Source: Ginkgo biloba (taxonomy: Eukaryota; Plantae; Ginkgophyta). Taken from it: DNA of 25,450 nt. The DNA is taken from the NCBI GenBank assembly GCA_024626585.2, contig JANKJI020000004.1, positions 121,626,865 through 121,652,314 of the forward strand, in the 5' to 3' direction. Position 1 is the stretch's first letter. The number at the start of each line of letters is the position of its first letter. This document shows positions 23,263 through 25,450 of the stretch, piece after piece. Under the pieces are notes generated by a model. The model worked only from the letters and a program-made list of their open reading frames with translations, did not search any database and was not told the origin of the DNA. The position numbers and the translations under genes were made by a program.

Positions 23263-23545
23263 ACAATTCATTCTTCTCCTCTCGTTTAGAACCCATAAGT
23301 TTCCCAGCCTCCTCCCTTGAACTAGCACTAACAAATTGGTTATTGCAACCATGTTCGTCTTCGTTGGTTCCATCTCGCACACTCTCGCTTTTGCAAGCAG
23401 GGGACTCCCAACTAGAATTCACTATAGATGCACTGAATTTTCGTGAAGAGCTGGTCACTGGATCCCTCAAAGAGCGTGCTCTTCTAAGAGCGGTGAGCTG
23501 TTTAGTCAGAGGAATGTCACATGAACGTCGCCCTACATCCAACAT
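23263..23545 (-). CDS. STICHEL-like protein, N-terminal coding segment
   Basis: ATG at 23545 gives MLDVGRRSCDIPLTKQLTALRRARSLRDPVTSS, resembling the STICHEL-like 2 N-terminus as I recall it (RRHSVDIPISK.LVALRRVRSLRDPST). The frame stays open up to the N gap. Confidence 0.88.
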
Positions 23546-24559
23546 TTTCCTGGTCCTGCACGCCAACACTGTTCACTAAGTGTTTTTGCAATAAGTAAGT
23601 AACTATTGCTGCTCTTTAGGTAACTAACACGCGTTCTAATGTTCTTTAAACAGCCGCAAAGACATTATAAGTGCTTGATTTCGTAGAAGCAGAGTCCAGT
23701 TGCCATTATATGCAAACATATTTTCCCACTGAAAGGAACACAATTGACATCAACTTTATGATATAAAAAGTAACAAAATGCCTCCGGGGAAGAAGCAGAC
23801 AAACAGCACAAAAATACTTCGAGCAATGATAATGTCCGTAATGTAGGTGTACAGTAATAGCACACAGGCAGCGTAGCAAAGCAATGCATTGTCCTCACTC
23901 CTCACCCCTAAACTTTCCAGCTAGCATTGACTCCGTAACGCAAGCATTCCAAAGAAGATAGCTAACTGTCACCCGGATACGTTCGAAAAATAATTAACTA
24001 AAACCCTTATGCAGACATTTTACCAGACCGTTACAAAATGGCGCTTGAAAGCCCTTTTTGCACTCTTCAGTCGACAATTTTAAGAATATTAGAACCTCTA
24101 AAAAACGTTTTTACTCGAAAATCGACACCATTATATTGCATGACAAGATTACAAGATGCATTAAAGATGATCCATCATCTATATTTTCTATTTGTGAAGT
24201 ATCTCCTTTCATTTATATTAAATGGATATATGTACTTCACCTACTGTTGAGCCATGAATGGGATCCCCACCCCTTTTTTTGNNNNNNNNNNNNNNNNNNN
24301 NNNNNNNNNNNNNNNNNNNNNNNNNNNNNNNNNNNNNNNNNNNNNNNNNNNNNNNNNNNNNNNNNNNNNNNNNNNNNNNNNAAATTCTTCACGCGGAACG
24401 CAGAATGCTAGCATGTGGATCTAACAATTCAGTAGAATTAGCATCTTGAAGCTCATTTACGCACAAAGAAAACCTGGTTATATGGATCCGAAAATTTCGT
24501 TGCAGTGGAAGCATTTAAGTAGTTCATAAATGTATTTAACAGTGTCTTTTGCCTTCCCT

Positions 24560-25100
24560 TGCCTTACATAAAAATCCGAGCACCGGCGCAGCGAGCGGGA
24601 GCTCCACATGGCTGCAACAATCCTAAATACGGAAAATTGTCTATAGAATAATGCATGAGCGCTCCAATACAGACGTGAACGAAGCACACATTTTTTCTTC
24701 TTTCTTTTGGGCAGAGTTTTTCCATGCGACCTCGGTCCATGGGACCGCCTCGGNNNNNNNNNNTGACCAGGGGAGGGTGCTTATATTTTTGAGTTCCCGC
24801 TTCCAGAATCTGGCCATGGCACTTGTTGTTGCTGCTGTTGCAGGAGAGTTGACAGAGCATGCGCAGAACAACAAACAGTAATGTGCGCCTTGGGAGTATG
24901 GCAGGCTGACGTGGAACTTTCTGAATGGATTTCGCGCCCAGGTCAGCATTCTGAAAGGTCTCACAGGACGGGAGACCGCCTAATGACTGACTGCTGGGAA
25001 GCGAGGCGGTGGTCACATGCACGCCGCAACCGTTCTGCTTTTATGTCAGTGCTTGTTTATTACGAGCATGAATGTAGTCCGTCGGTTCCCTGAAGGCCTC
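24560..25100 (-). promoter_or_regulatory. Putative promoter / 5'UTR region of the STICHEL-like gene
   Basis: CpG-rich, non-repetitive-looking stretch upstream of the ATG. E2F-consensus TTTCGCGC at 24930-24937, TGACGTGG at 24907-24914, and a minus-strand donor-like GTAAGG near 24568. Confidence 0.35.
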
Positions 25101-25450
25101 TCGTACTTTATAGAACTTTGGCATCTCTACATCTCTCGGTTCAAAAGTTTAGTACAAAACAATATAAATGATAGTTAATCATTGAATACTGTGAAGAAAT
25201 GAGAGAGAATATNNNNNNNNNNGTTAATCATTGTTATACATGCTATGTTGAATGGTGCATAAAACTCCATGTATGGCTTTTGGAAACTCTACAACATCTC
25301 TACGACTCTAATCAACTCTAATTAATGTCTAAATATGGTCACCACCGTGACTATCGCCATGTAGGACATTTTTTTCGAAAGCATTGCGCAGACTTTTATG
25401 TTTTTACTATCGTCTTGATAGAATGTTTTCTCAAGTCAATTTTCATAAAT

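Noticed and set aside
24564-25022. 152-aa and 107-aa minus-strand ORFs as a separate gene
   Set aside because: No recognisable domain, they span a gap, and they are expected by chance in GC-richer upstream DNA.

Overview
Eukaryotic land-plant genomic DNA from a gappy draft scaffold (about 20 N-runs), not a prokaryotic locus. The window is dominated by one minus-strand, intron-rich STICHEL-family gene (AAA+ clamp-loader fold, DNA Pol III gamma/tau (DnaX)/RFC-like; closest in signature to STICHEL-like 2). It runs from ATG 23545 to about 4283/4559. Exons I can delimit: 23545-~23263, ~22640-20920, 6528-6202, 6091-5888, 5373-4563, and possibly 4373-4283. One expected conserved exon is not visible and is probably in a gap. 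The ~14.4 kb interval 20919-6529 and the 3' flank hold decayed transposons: a non-chromoviral Ty3/Gypsy pol (minus), two related chromoviral Ty3/Gypsy 3' halves with LTRs (plus), a 290-bp solo-LTR-like insertion with a 5-bp TSD, a hAT-type non-autonomous element with an 8-bp TSD, a LINE remnant splitting the 5' coding region, and several local tandem duplications. I found no evidence for a new multi-gene system. The most notable signals are the LINE-interrupted first coding region, duplicated poison-exon-like cassettes, an apparently mosaic STICHEL protein, and an insertion chronology that can be read from the sequence. A large-genome non-flowering plant (fern or gymnosperm) is an inference only.
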